A stretch of 64,000 nt of DNA from a virus. Lineage: Duplodnaviria > Caudoviricetes. Position 1 is the first letter of the stretch. Each line of letters starts with the position of its first letter. A model generated the notes under the pieces. The model saw nothing but the letters and a program-made list of their open reading frames with translations. It did no database searches and was not told the DNA's origin. Both the position numbers and the translations under genes were made by a program. Shown here piece by piece: positions 39,039 to 47,277 of the stretch. The stretch is from positions 407 through 64,406 of IMG/VR virus record IMGVR_UViG_3300034104_004892; one strand, written 5' to 3'.

Positions 39039-40913
39039 TTATTCCGAGAAATCCACGAAGATCGGCGCCCCGTCCACAACCGAAACCAGTTCCTTGCCCG
39101 GCGGCTCGGGCCGCTGCTCCGTCATGGTCGCCACGTTCCCGCCCCGCTGCCTCAACAGATGCACCAGCATCGAGAGCGAGTCCAACGCATCCGGGCTCCC
39201 TAATCGCGTGCGCTTAATGTAATCTTTCTTTGATTCAACTCGCACTAACCCCTTGCCCTTCTGCATGTAACGCCGGGAGATCGCCTGCTTTGTAAGCTCG
39301 TCGTTCCGGAACCCGGGAGATATTTTGAGCCACTCGAATTCTAAATACTTACCCAACGCAAACAGCAGCTCGGTCACCAACCCGTTGTACAACTCGTTGG
39401 CTTTCTGGGAGTCGTCGCCCATGATCGGAGTCTCTGTCGCCGCCCACGAGTAGTTGAGCCCCATCACTTCCTTGCCAAACGTCGAGCACAGCACGTCGTG
39501 GATCCCGGCGCCGTTCCCCGTCCGGTCAACACAAAGCCAATTTGCGCTGATCTTCATCTGCTTGCAGAACCGAACAATCGCCTGAGCCTGTTCCATCGTC
39601 GCCGCCTTTGGAAACGGCATCTGCGAGTCCAACTGCAACATCGTCCGGGGGCGCTTGAACTCGTGGAACTTCCCTCCCCGGTCTGTCCAGCCATCGCTCA
39701 GGCCGAACCTCCCGTACGAGCACAGCACCTGATCGACGCCCTCCAAAGCCAAGTCAAACGCGGCCAGCGGCACAACAGGCCCAACAAACCGCACGATCCC
39801 CATCGCGTTGTCCATCATGGACGGCGTGATAATCGACATCGCAATCCCCTCGTCCGGAAACCACCCCCGGGCCATCGTGGACGCCTCCGCCGTACGCCCC
39901 TTCGAGACGTAGGCCATATACCCCTCGTACGTCTGGAGCCCGTGGTAAATGACCCGGCGCTCCTCCACGTTCTCACACTGCGCCGCATCCAACCTGATGA
40001 CCTGCCAGTCGTCCCGGCTGTGCCAGTCGTGATCCAACTCAATGTCGATGCTGCCCCAGCCGAATTTTGGCTCGCACCGCTGCCCAAACTGACTCGTCCG
40101 GTCTCGAGGGTTCGATGCCGCAAACACCTTGATCCGCCCCGGGGTACTCGAGTCGGCCGCCGTCAGACAGTTCATCACGCCAGCCCACACGCCATCCGGC
40201 ACCTCCTCAGCCTCGTCCAACACAATGTGCGTCCGGCTCACCTTACCCCACCGGGGATGCGCCGGGCCAAACCGAGGCGACGGATGGAACCCACGCAGGC
40301 TCCCATGTCCCGACTCGCCCTTGGGGATCGCCACGAGGTGGATGCCTTGCTTCGAGTCCGTCGTGCTCTGGATGCTGGTGGCCAAGTCCTCGTCCATCCC
40401 CTCCGGCTTCACGAGCGCAGTCCTGTGAAAGGTCTTGATCGATGCGAAGATGTTCCGGGTGGCGTGCTGGGCGGTCAACGAGACCACCTTGATGCACGTC
40501 CAATCCGGATCCCTGTACCAGTCGAGGTAAAACCACGCGGCCGCCCCGTACGACTTGCCCATCGACCCGGCGCCCTGCACCAACAGCTTGTCCGTGCCCA
40601 TCAGCCCCTCCCATACCCGGCGACACGACCGGGGGCGCCAGTCAAACGCTCCCGGCCCCCAAAGCAGCGTCGCGGCCGCCTCGAACAGGTCGGCGTCGAG
40701 CAGCGCCCGGACGTACTGCCGGATGACCGCCCGGGCCGACTCCTCGGTGAACGTCAGCTTGCCCGTCGTCTGCCCGGCGTTCCGGGCAAGGAACGCGGCG
40801 CACCGTAGCAGCCCGCGCTCCTCACTCGAATCGGCCAGCTCCCGGGCCTCGGTCGCAATGGCGATGGCCCGGGCCACGGACGGTGGCAGCGTTGCAAGCA
40901 GCTCGTCACTCAT
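39039..40913 (-). CDS. terL: Terminase large subunit
   Basis: Walker A GAGSMGKS, Walker B IVLDEAEE, ASNP coupling motif, RNase H acidic motifs (AFDLA, VDRTGNGAG, SPDALDS). Confidence 0.92.
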   Translation of the reverse strand: MSDELLATLPPSVARAIAIATEARELADSSEERGLLRCAAFLARNAGQTTGKLTFTEESARAVIRQYVRALLDADLFEAAATLLWGPGAFDWRPRSCRRVWEGLMGTDKLLVQGAGSMGKSYGAAAWFYLDWYRDPDWTCIKVVSLTAQHATRNIFASIKTFHRTALVKPEGMDEDLATSIQSTTDSKQGIHLVAIPKGESGHGSLRGFHPSPRFGPAHPRWGKVSRTHIVLDEAEEVPDGVWAGVMNCLTAADSSTPGRIKVFAASNPRDRTSQFGQRCEPKFGWGSIDIELDHDWHSRDDWQVIRLDAAQCENVEERRVIYHGLQTYEGYMAYVSKGRTAEASTMARGWFPDEGIAMSIITPSMMDNAMGIVRFVGPVVPLAAFDLALEGVDQVLCSYGRFGLSDGWTDRGGKFHEFKRPRTMLQLDSQMPFPKAATMEQAQAIVRFCKQMKISANWLCVDRTGNGAGIHDVLCSTFGKEVMGLNYSWAATETPIMGDDSQKANELYNGLVTELLFALGKYLEFEWLKISPGFRNDELTKQAISRRYMQKGKGLVRVESKKDYIKRTRLGSPDALDSLSMLVHLLRQRGGNVATMTEQRPEPPGKELVSVVDGAPIFVDFSE

Positions 40914-41020
40914 CTCCACGGATCAGCCCAACGCCACAACAGCGCCATCCCAAAGACCATCCCGGCAAGCGCCCCGGCAAGCTGCACGTCGGCCAGCGAC
41001 GCTGCGTTGTGGATGATCAT
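40910..41020 (-). CDS. 36-aa membrane peptide
   Basis: MIIHNAASLADVQLAGALAGMVFGMALLWRWADPWR; ATGA overlaps on both sides. Confidence 0.45.
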   Translation of the reverse strand: MIIHNAASLADVQLAGALAGMVFGMALLWRWADPWR

Positions 41021-41757
41021 AGAGTCAGCTTGAACTTGAGCGGCCCGGTAAGCGCCGTCACGTTTGTCACCTTGAACCCGATGACGCTGGTCGCAGCCAC
41101 TCCGGCAGGCAGCGGCGGGGCGCTAAACACAGCCGAGGCCAGAGCGATCGTGCCGTCGGTAACCGACGTAAGCACCGTATCGTTCCATGTCATCTCGAAC
41201 GCCCCCGTGATCGTCACGCCGATGACGCTGATGGCGTCCATCACAATTTTCGGCACCACGGCGGCCTCAGTATCGTTGTAGATGCATGTCGTGAGCGTGT
41301 AGAGGCCGTAGTCGTTCCAAGTGTCCGGGGCGTTGTAGCCCATCAACACCTGCGTCCAAGGCACAAAGGACGTGCCAAAGCCGTACATCCACCTTTTCAC
41401 CTGACCATCCTCGAACCGCTGCGTGAACGTGCTCGTGAAAGCGTTGTCGAGATTCCCGACGGTCACGGCGCCAGTAGGCGAGCAGGCGTTGCCCCAGAAC
41501 GGATCGAGCGGCGGCACTGGCGGCACTGGCACCATCCCGGGCTGCCCGGTGGCGCGGCCGTACGGGTAGACCTGAGGCCCGGCTGTGTCCGGGTAGTTCC
41601 GGAGCCGCACCTTCGTGCCGGGCGTCAAGGGGCCAGTGTTGGCGCCCCGGACGATGAACTCCGAGAACGTCCGGGTGTTGCGGACGTTGAGCAGCTTGAT
41701 GGTCGGGTTGGCGCCTACGGTGTAGAGCGTGCCGGGCGTGTAGTAGGTTGCGCTCAT
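41017..41757 (-). CDS. Hypothetical beta-rich protein (246 aa)
   Basis: Strong GC3 codon bias; tiles between TerS and TerL. Confidence 0.7.
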   Translation of the reverse strand: MSATYYTPGTLYTVGANPTIKLLNVRNTRTFSEFIVRGANTGPLTPGTKVRLRNYPDTAGPQVYPYGRATGQPGMVPVPPVPPLDPFWGNACSPTGAVTVGNLDNAFTSTFTQRFEDGQVKRWMYGFGTSFVPWTQVLMGYNAPDTWNDYGLYTLTTCIYNDTEAAVVPKIVMDAISVIGVTITGAFEMTWNDTVLTSVTDGTIALASAVFSAPPLPAGVAATSVIGFKVTNVTALTGPLKFKLTL

Positions 41758-41760
41758 AGG

Positions 41761-42063
41761 TTAGGGACGGATGATGACCATGCCACGGCTCCGACCCAGA
41801 GGGGACACATAGATCCCGGTGGCATCCCGGCGAATCGGCAGGCGCAATGTCTCGCCAAGCAGGACGCCGGGATTGGCGGTGCCGCCGCTTCCGGTAGGCC
41901 GGGTGCGCTTGAACACGGCGCTGGTGTTGGTGACGGCTTGGCACTGGAAGGTGACGTCCGGCATCGAGGCGGCCTCGGTGTTGTCCTGCTCATCGTAGGG
42001 TCGCAGCCCGTAAGCGGTGGCGGAGTTGGTGTAGTTGTTGCCGGGAATGAAGTAGGAAGGCAT
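41761..42063 (-). CDS. Hypothetical protein (100 aa)
   Basis: Codon bias and 3-nt spacing to the next gene. Confidence 0.65.
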   Translation of the reverse strand: MPSYFIPGNNYTNSATAYGLRPYDEQDNTEAASMPDVTFQCQAVTNTSAVFKRTRPTGSGGTANPGVLLGETLRLPIRRDATGIYVSPLGRSRGMVIIRP

Positions 42064-42168
42064 AGGTCAGGCGGGTGTTGGTTGTGTAAGTGCTTCAGAG
42101 TGAACAAAGCTAATTCTGGAATTCCACTCCATATGACTACGTTTGTATTGTGTTATGGGGTAAGTTGC

Positions 42169-42726
42169 TTAGTCCCTGGGACTTACGCCGATCAGACTTT
42201 TCGGCGTCTTGAGTACGTCCTCGAGGCCGGGGCCGTCGAGCTTGAGTGGAACGTCCGGGGCAGGCTCCGGGGCGACCAGCACGGCCTCCATCCACGCCTT
42301 GGGCGGGTTAGGATGGTTCCGGTGATAGACCTCGAAAGTCAGGCGCACGTCGCCCCCGGCAGTCTGCTGCGGAGACTCGGTCAACTCCCCGGCGAGCTTG
42401 GCATCGGCCATCAGGGCGCCAAGGCGGTCGAATACGGCCTCCACGCTCCCATTGGGCCGTTTAACGACTTTGGTCGGAATGGTGCCCTCGATCATCTGGC
42501 GGAGCAGGTCGCGCTTGCTATCTAGGGCCATCAGGCTCCGGCAATGCACTTCGGTCTGGATCTCGGCGATCCGGGCCTTGATCTCCGGCTTCTTGTAGAG
42601 CTGATAACCGACCTGTCCCGGGTTCTTGATGTGCGGCGCCACCTGAGCGTAAGCGGCTTGGCGGTCGAGCCCTTCGGCGACCAACCAACAGAAGCGTTCG
42701 TGGAGTCGGTTGGCGAGGCGCGGCAT
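42169..42726 (-). CDS. terS: Terminase small subunit
   Basis: HERFC..AAY..KPEIKARIAE pattern of Terminase_2-like proteins, upstream of TerL. Confidence 0.8.
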   Translation of the reverse strand: MPRLANRLHERFCWLVAEGLDRQAAYAQVAPHIKNPGQVGYQLYKKPEIKARIAEIQTEVHCRSLMALDSKRDLLRQMIEGTIPTKVVKRPNGSVEAVFDRLGALMADAKLAGELTESPQQTAGGDVRLTFEVYHRNHPNPPKAWMEAVLVAPEPAPDVPLKLDGPGLEDVLKTPKSLIGVSPRD

Positions 42727-42795
42727 GGCGGCGGCGGAAGGGGGTGGGCGGTTCTCTCTGGTGAAGGTTCCTACTGTTGAAGTAGATTTAAGCTA

Positions 42796-42824
42796 TTTAT
42801 GACACAAGTTGTTGTTGTGGTCAA
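42796..42824 (-). promoter_or_regulatory. Sigma70-like promoter upstream of terS
   Basis: TTGACC-17 nt-CATAAA with a TGTG extended -10. Confidence 0.5.
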
Positions 42825-42930
42825 ACGATGAATATCGGTGGTTGAAGTGGTTTTTGGCCGGATGAAGCGGTTTTTGTGTCATTCCGCTTGATTTGGCTTG
42901 ACGGTTTTGAGTACCCTTTCCGTGGAACAG

Positions 42931-43149
42931 CTAGTGGTCTTGATGTTCTCGGCTGTGGTGGATGTTGGCGGCTTGGGTGGCGAGAGTGGCCTGTATGTGT
43001 TGCTGGAGCCGGGCGGCCTCGCGTCTGGGGTAGCCGAACTTTTCGATGTGCTCCCGGAAGCGGCCGGGGTCGTCTGCGATGTACATGATCAGCAGGTCGT
43101 ACTCGCGCCAGTTGAGGCTGGGCTGATTGGGGTCATTCGTATTCATCAT
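42931..43149 (-). CDS. Hypothetical protein
   Basis: 72-aa ORF overlapping the upstream stop region. Confidence 0.5.
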   Translation of the reverse strand: MMNTNDPNQPSLNWREYDLLIMYIADDPGRFREHIEKFGYPRREAARLQQHIQATLATQAANIHHSREHQDH

Positions 43150-43456
43150 TCGGTATCACTTGATACTCAAACAGGCCATTGCTGATATGGCGCCTGTTGA
43201 CTGTATGGGTGCCGAACTTGGGCTTTCTGAGGTGCCGCAGTTGAGCTGATACAGATGGTTCTGGAGCCCCGGTGAGTTCAGCTATTCTGGGCAGGGTTCG
43301 CCACTGTCTGTCCTTCATTAGGTTGAAGATTTGATTGAGCTGCGACTTGAGGCGTGAATGATCCCTGCTTGGCTTGTACTCCGGGCCGTTGAACGGTGAG
43401 TCTGGTAGCTTTTTGGGTTCCCGGGGCGTTGTGAAGTCAAATTCGTCTTGTGTCAT
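43133..43456 (-). CDS. Winged-helix DNA-binding protein
   Basis: WRTLPRIAELTGAPEPSVSAQLRHLRKPKFG..GLFEY. Confidence 0.75.
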   Translation of the reverse strand: MTQDEFDFTTPREPKKLPDSPFNGPEYKPSRDHSRLKSQLNQIFNLMKDRQWRTLPRIAELTGAPEPSVSAQLRHLRKPKFGTHTVNRRHISNGLFEYQVIPNDEYE

Positions 43457-43515
43457 AGATGAATGAATGTAGATTTTCGCTGCCTTTCGACCTCTTCGGG
43501 GGCGGCATATGCAAT

Positions 43516-43587
43516 CGCGGGTTGGAGAAGAGGCATCTCGTCACGCTCATAACGTGAAGACCGACGGTTCGAGTCCGTCACCCGCAA
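43516..43587 (+). tRNA. trnM: tRNA-Met(CAT), initiator-like
   Basis: Cloverleaf with C1:A72 mismatch, D-stem GAGA/TCTC (A11-U24), anticodon arm TCACG-CTCATAA-CGTGA and T-arm GACGG-TTCGAGT-CCGTC; no encoded CCA. Confidence 0.88.
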
Positions 43588-43588
43588 T

Positions 43589-43663
43589 GCCGGAATAGCT
43601 CAGTGGTAGAGCAGGGCTTTTGTAAAGCTCAGGTCGTCGGTTCAATCCCGACTTCCGGCTCCA
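43589..43663 (+). tRNA. trnT: tRNA-Thr(TGT)
   Basis: GCCGGAA/TTCCGGC acceptor stem, TAGCTCAGTGGTAGAGC D-arm, loop TTTGTAA, GGTTCAATCC and encoded CCA. Confidence 0.92.
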
Positions 43664-43973
43664 TTCCCGGGCTGTCGCCTAGCGGTTGGTTGTGACTGAA
43701 TAGCTTGGCAGGGATTATCTCTAGGAACATGGGCGTTGCCGGGCCGACGTAGGCGCACTCGGTGTTGAATGCGAAGTACTCGATGGCTTCCTCCCGGGTC
43801 ATGCTGCGGGCGAGGATGTCGATGCACTTATCGCGGTCGTACACGGCGACCGGGTTGCTGTTTGCTTGGGTGGCGATGCCGAGGAACGCCTCGTCAAAAC
43901 CGTCCGCTTTCAGGATTTCTACGTCGGGCCAAAAGGCGTCAACGTACTCGTCGATGGTCATTTGTTCATTCAT
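43629..43973 (-). CDS. Conserved phage hypothetical protein; C-terminus runs antisense into tRNA-Thr
   Basis: ADGFDEAFLG..VAVYD..EEAIEYFAFN..AYVG..TP family motif. Confidence 0.8.
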   Translation of the reverse strand: MNEQMTIDEYVDAFWPDVEILKADGFDEAFLGIATQANSNPVAVYDRDKCIDILARSMTREEAIEYFAFNTECAYVGPATPMFLEIIPAKLFSHNQPLGDSPGMEPEVGIEPTT

Positions 43974-44580
43974 TTAGAGCCTCCCGGGCAATTTCACGCA
44001 CAGCATCCATGCGATCCGGCAGCGTAATCACGAAGTCCAAGTGCGCGATCTTGGTGAGCGCGAACTCGTACCTCGCAACAAGCCGTTTCAGCTCGTTAAT
44101 GTCGTCAGGAGGCTCGCAGTGCGGGCAACTAAACCCGAACGTGCTCATCTCCTGCAAACGGCCGCAGTATTCGCATCGGCCCATGTCAGAAACGTCGAGG
44201 CGTGGAGACTTTCTGTCACCCAGCAAAGCATCGAGTTTGCCTCGTGAGACCGCACCGCGCTTAACGATTCTGACGAGCCGCTGGGCAGTTTCTTTTCCGT
44301 CGGACCCCTCGCCAATCAGTTCCACAAATGACTTGCCTTGTGCAACCGTGCGATCAAGCGCCTGAGGTGTTGGCTTGAAGCCCGTCTCGGCAAACACATG
44401 GGCAGCGGCGGCCAATTGCACGAGCTTGCCTTGATGCTGCTCCTTGGGAACTTCGCCGGAAAGCCAGTTGTAGAGTGTTTGGCGCGAAACGCCGAACACT
44501 GCGGGGAGGTGCGACATAGTGCGGCCGAAGCCAGCTTTTACTTCTTTCATCAGGTCTTTCACATTAGGGACGTCGCTCAT
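43966..44580 (-). CDS. HTH (Xre/antitoxin-like) protein fused to a zinc-finger tail
   Basis: LPAVFGVSRQTLYNWLSGE HTH; CEYC..CPHC. Confidence 0.65.
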   Translation of the reverse strand: MSDVPNVKDLMKEVKAGFGRTMSHLPAVFGVSRQTLYNWLSGEVPKEQHQGKLVQLAAAAHVFAETGFKPTPQALDRTVAQGKSFVELIGEGSDGKETAQRLVRIVKRGAVSRGKLDALLGDRKSPRLDVSDMGRCEYCGRLQEMSTFGFSCPHCEPPDDINELKRLVARYEFALTKIAHLDFVITLPDRMDAVREIAREALNE

Positions 44581-45040
44581 TCCACACCTCCTTTGCTGCT
44601 GCAATGAGTGCGTCTGCTTGTGCTAATGCCCACCGCATCTGATCCGATGCGCGCATTTCACTTATTTGCCTGTTCTGCCAAGCGGACTCAGCAAAGTGCA
44701 CCGCAATCTCCAGCCGCGAAGGCTCAGGTCGAACAGTCAAGGATTCCTTGACGGTTGCCTTGTCGCGTTGAACCTGCTGCCACAGGTCGCGCTCTTGCTT
44801 TAATAGCTCTACCTCACCCAGTGCCTCATCGCGTTTCTTTGCAACTCGATGCGTCTCTGCTTTCCAGTAATCTACTTCTTCTTTCAGAATTCCGTAGTCG
44901 TGCGGCGTGCGCTCCACAATGGCTTGTTTAAGTTGCTTGTTTAACCGCTCCACCTCAGCGCGGGCTTCGTCGCGCTCTTTGGCTGCTTTTCGATAAAGCA
45001 CGCCTTGAAGATACTCGTTTGTGATGTGCAATTCTTCCAT
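44564..45040 (-). CDS. Coiled-coil hypothetical protein
   Basis: ERDEARAEVERL repeats and an ALAQADALIAA tail. Confidence 0.7.
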   Translation of the reverse strand: MEELHITNEYLQGVLYRKAAKERDEARAEVERLNKQLKQAIVERTPHDYGILKEEVDYWKAETHRVAKKRDEALGEVELLKQERDLWQQVQRDKATVKESLTVRPEPSRLEIAVHFAESAWQNRQISEMRASDQMRWALAQADALIAAAKEVWNERRP

Positions 45041-45502
45041 TTAAACCTCCTTTACGAATACGCCCCCGGGCATGAGCTTGCCCTTGCGGTGCTTGATTTC
45101 GTTGTACGCCCCCTCGAGACACTTCGAGATGCTCATGCCCTGCAACTCGCAGAAGTTGATGAGGCAAACGACAATGTCCCCGACCGCGTCTTCGATCTCG
45201 GGCTTGTTGAGTTTGTTGGTGGCGTCGGCCAGCTCTCCCATCTCGCTCACGGCCTTCAGAAGTTGCGATGTCGGCGTCGCGTTGGGAATGATTCCCCGGT
45301 CACGCGCCCAACCGATCACCGACCGCTCGAGCCGATCAAACTCCGACTCGGTCTGCATGGTGGCGATGACGCCCTTGAGGCGCCGGATCTCCGCTTCGGC
45401 CTGCTCGAGGGCGTCGTCCTCGTCCATCGGCCGGGGCGCCCCGGCGCCGTACCCGGCAGCGTCAATGTGCCGGACAAAGGTTGGGTCGTTTTTGCTTCTC
45501 AT
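45041..45502 (-). CDS. mazG: MazG-like nucleotide pyrophosphohydrolase
   Basis: WARDRGI..QLLKAVSEMGELA..DAVGDIVV..AYNEIKHRKG..FVKE. Confidence 0.85.
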   Translation of the reverse strand: MRSKNDPTFVRHIDAAGYGAGAPRPMDEDDALEQAEAEIRRLKGVIATMQTESEFDRLERSVIGWARDRGIIPNATPTSQLLKAVSEMGELADATNKLNKPEIEDAVGDIVVCLINFCELQGMSISKCLEGAYNEIKHRKGKLMPGGVFVKEV

Positions 45503-46386
45503 AAGAAAATGATCCTTTCGATGAATTTGCGCACAGCGGCCAATGCCGAAGCTATACGCCCCTTTTTAGGCGGCTTCTGCTTGATTGGCGGCGGTAGTGC
45601 CGGGACTGTGATTGCGGGCTGTAATTGGGGCTCTGGACGCACGCGCTTTACCACAACCTCGAGGCCAAACGGGAACCCGAGTTCCATGAACCGGGCTTCA
45701 ATCCACGGGAGCAGGTCTTTTTGCTGTATGAATTGCACTGCGATGCTGTCGCGCTCGTCCACGATGAGTTGCGCGGCGGTTGGCGACAGTTGGTTGAATT
45801 GAATGAGGTCAAACCACATTGAGATGAGCGGTTTTTTGCTGCGCACGCACGCAATGAACTCCGCCCACGGGTCACGGGGCTTGGGCGCCTCTTTGAGCGG
45901 AACTGTTTTTGCCGCCTGCACTGGCAGCGCGGGCTGCTTTGGTCGGGCTAGGTTTTTCGGCCGCACCCCGCACGTGGTGATGCGCTGCCCGGGGGCGGGA
46001 GCGTTTTTGTGCAGGAAGATTCTGGCTTGCGTTGCGTAGAAATACGACGGGTAAAGCCAGATGGCCATGTTGATTTGGCGTTCCGTATACCGCGTCTTTG
46101 ATTTCAGACGAGTGCGCCCAAATCCCCTCACCTTCGCGTCCGGGTTTTGCTCGAACATCGCCAGCAAATGATCGCGTATAAATTCGCTCAGGCGACTGTA
46201 CGTCACCTCGTGGTGAGCGTTGGTGTACGTGTACGGAAACGCCGCTTTGAGTTCGGCTGTTTTGTAAAACGTCCGTCCAATAATCTTAGGCGCGTTTGGA
46301 AAACGTACCTGAAGTTTGCGCCGGGTTACCCCGGCAACCCGGCATGCGTTTTCGGCGGTTACTACGAATTTTTTATTCTTCTTCAT
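45499..46386 (-). CDS. Hypothetical protein with a DnaX/DnaA-N-like C-terminal domain
   Basis: Start MKKNKK at 46386; DPWAEFIACVRSKKPLISMWF segment. Confidence 0.6.
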   Translation of the reverse strand: MKKNKKFVVTAENACRVAGVTRRKLQVRFPNAPKIIGRTFYKTAELKAAFPYTYTNAHHEVTYSRLSEFIRDHLLAMFEQNPDAKVRGFGRTRLKSKTRYTERQINMAIWLYPSYFYATQARIFLHKNAPAPGQRITTCGVRPKNLARPKQPALPVQAAKTVPLKEAPKPRDPWAEFIACVRSKKPLISMWFDLIQFNQLSPTAAQLIVDERDSIAVQFIQQKDLLPWIEARFMELGFPFGLEVVVKRVRPEPQLQPAITVPALPPPIKQKPPKKGRIASALAAVRKFIERIIFL

Positions 46387-46762
46387 CGATTGTGGCTCCT
46401 TCTTGGATTGCTTGAATGATCTCCTCACCGGACAACCCGGAAAGCAGCATGTCGTCGATTTGACGGCGGTGCTGTAACATGGCGCCAACAATCGAGTGCA
46501 ACCTTTCGAGGCTGGACAAATGATGCTCGATTGCCGCGAGGAGAGTTATTTCGTACAGGTCGCCCGGGCCGCTCGAGGCCATGACCTGCAATTGCGAGAC
46601 AAATGCCGCTGCGAGCATCTGTGTAACTTCTAGGTTCGATGGCTCGCCTTTGAACGCAGTTACGTTGAACGCCGATCCCGAATCGGTGTTCACGCGCAAA
46701 ATTGCCAGCGCCGTGTGCGCCTCAGGCGGCGCCTCCATGATGTATCGATTGATTTGTTTCAT
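46373..46762 (-). CDS. Hypothetical protein
   Basis: 129-aa ORF with ATGA coupling. Confidence 0.65.
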   Translation of the reverse strand: MKQINRYIMEAPPEAHTALAILRVNTDSGSAFNVTAFKGEPSNLEVTQMLAAAFVSQLQVMASSGPGDLYEITLLAAIEHHLSSLERLHSIVGAMLQHRRQIDDMLLSGLSGEEIIQAIQEGATIDEEE

Positions 46763-47097
46763 TTTGTTTTTTTCCTGCTCACAAAAATTGTGTCCAAGGT
46801 CAGCCGTTGCGTTGAATCGACTGCGAACCGCGTGACGTTTTTATCGGTCGCAAAATAACTGCTTACACCGATTCCGCGCTCGAGCAATTCGGCAGCCGCT
46901 TGCACCACGTAATGCACGCCGCTGTGCTCTACGGTCAGGCTTCGCCTGTTGCGATAATTCATCTTCACGCGGGCAGGACGCTTTTTCGTTGGCCTGAGAT
47001 AGCGCACCTGTATTTCCTCGTGCTCCGGCAGCTTGGCTGCAATGGCGAGGGAAAGCTCGCCGACTTGTATTGGTTCTGGTTTTTGTTTTGTTTGCAT
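46759..47097 (-). CDS. Hypothetical protein
   Basis: VRYLRPTKKRPARVK motif seen in small phage early proteins. Confidence 0.7.
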   Translation of the reverse strand: MQTKQKPEPIQVGELSLAIAAKLPEHEEIQVRYLRPTKKRPARVKMNYRNRRSLTVEHSGVHYVVQAAAELLERGIGVSSYFATDKNVTRFAVDSTQRLTLDTIFVSRKKTK

Positions 47098-47104
47098 AAA
47101 AAAT

Positions 47105-47270
47105 TTTCCCCCGCTGCGGTTTGGCCGGACGATGGGGGCGACGTCCTATGAAAGGCCCAAAGATCACTAGGCCCGACCGAACACTCGCAGCTTATCCCCG
47201 GTCTTTCCCGGGCGTCGCCTACCCAACAGGCAATTCCCGACCGCCTCCCGAGTAGGTGGGAGGCGGCCGT
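47105..47270 (-). ncRNA. Candidate structured intergenic RNA
   Basis: GCCGCCTCCC/GGGAGGCGGT hairpin; GGCGACG/CGTCGCC helix enclosing CCCGG-GAAAGA-CCGGG and a GGCC-containing stem. Confidence 0.4.
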
Positions 47271-47277
47271 TGTAAAT

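Noticed and set aside
39498-40808. 436-aa plus-strand ORF
   Set aside because: Antisense to the GC-rich terL; Arg/Pro/His-rich shadow
43589-43663. tRNA as a prophage attachment site
   Set aside because: No integrase, no host genes and no duplicated tRNA 3' end seen
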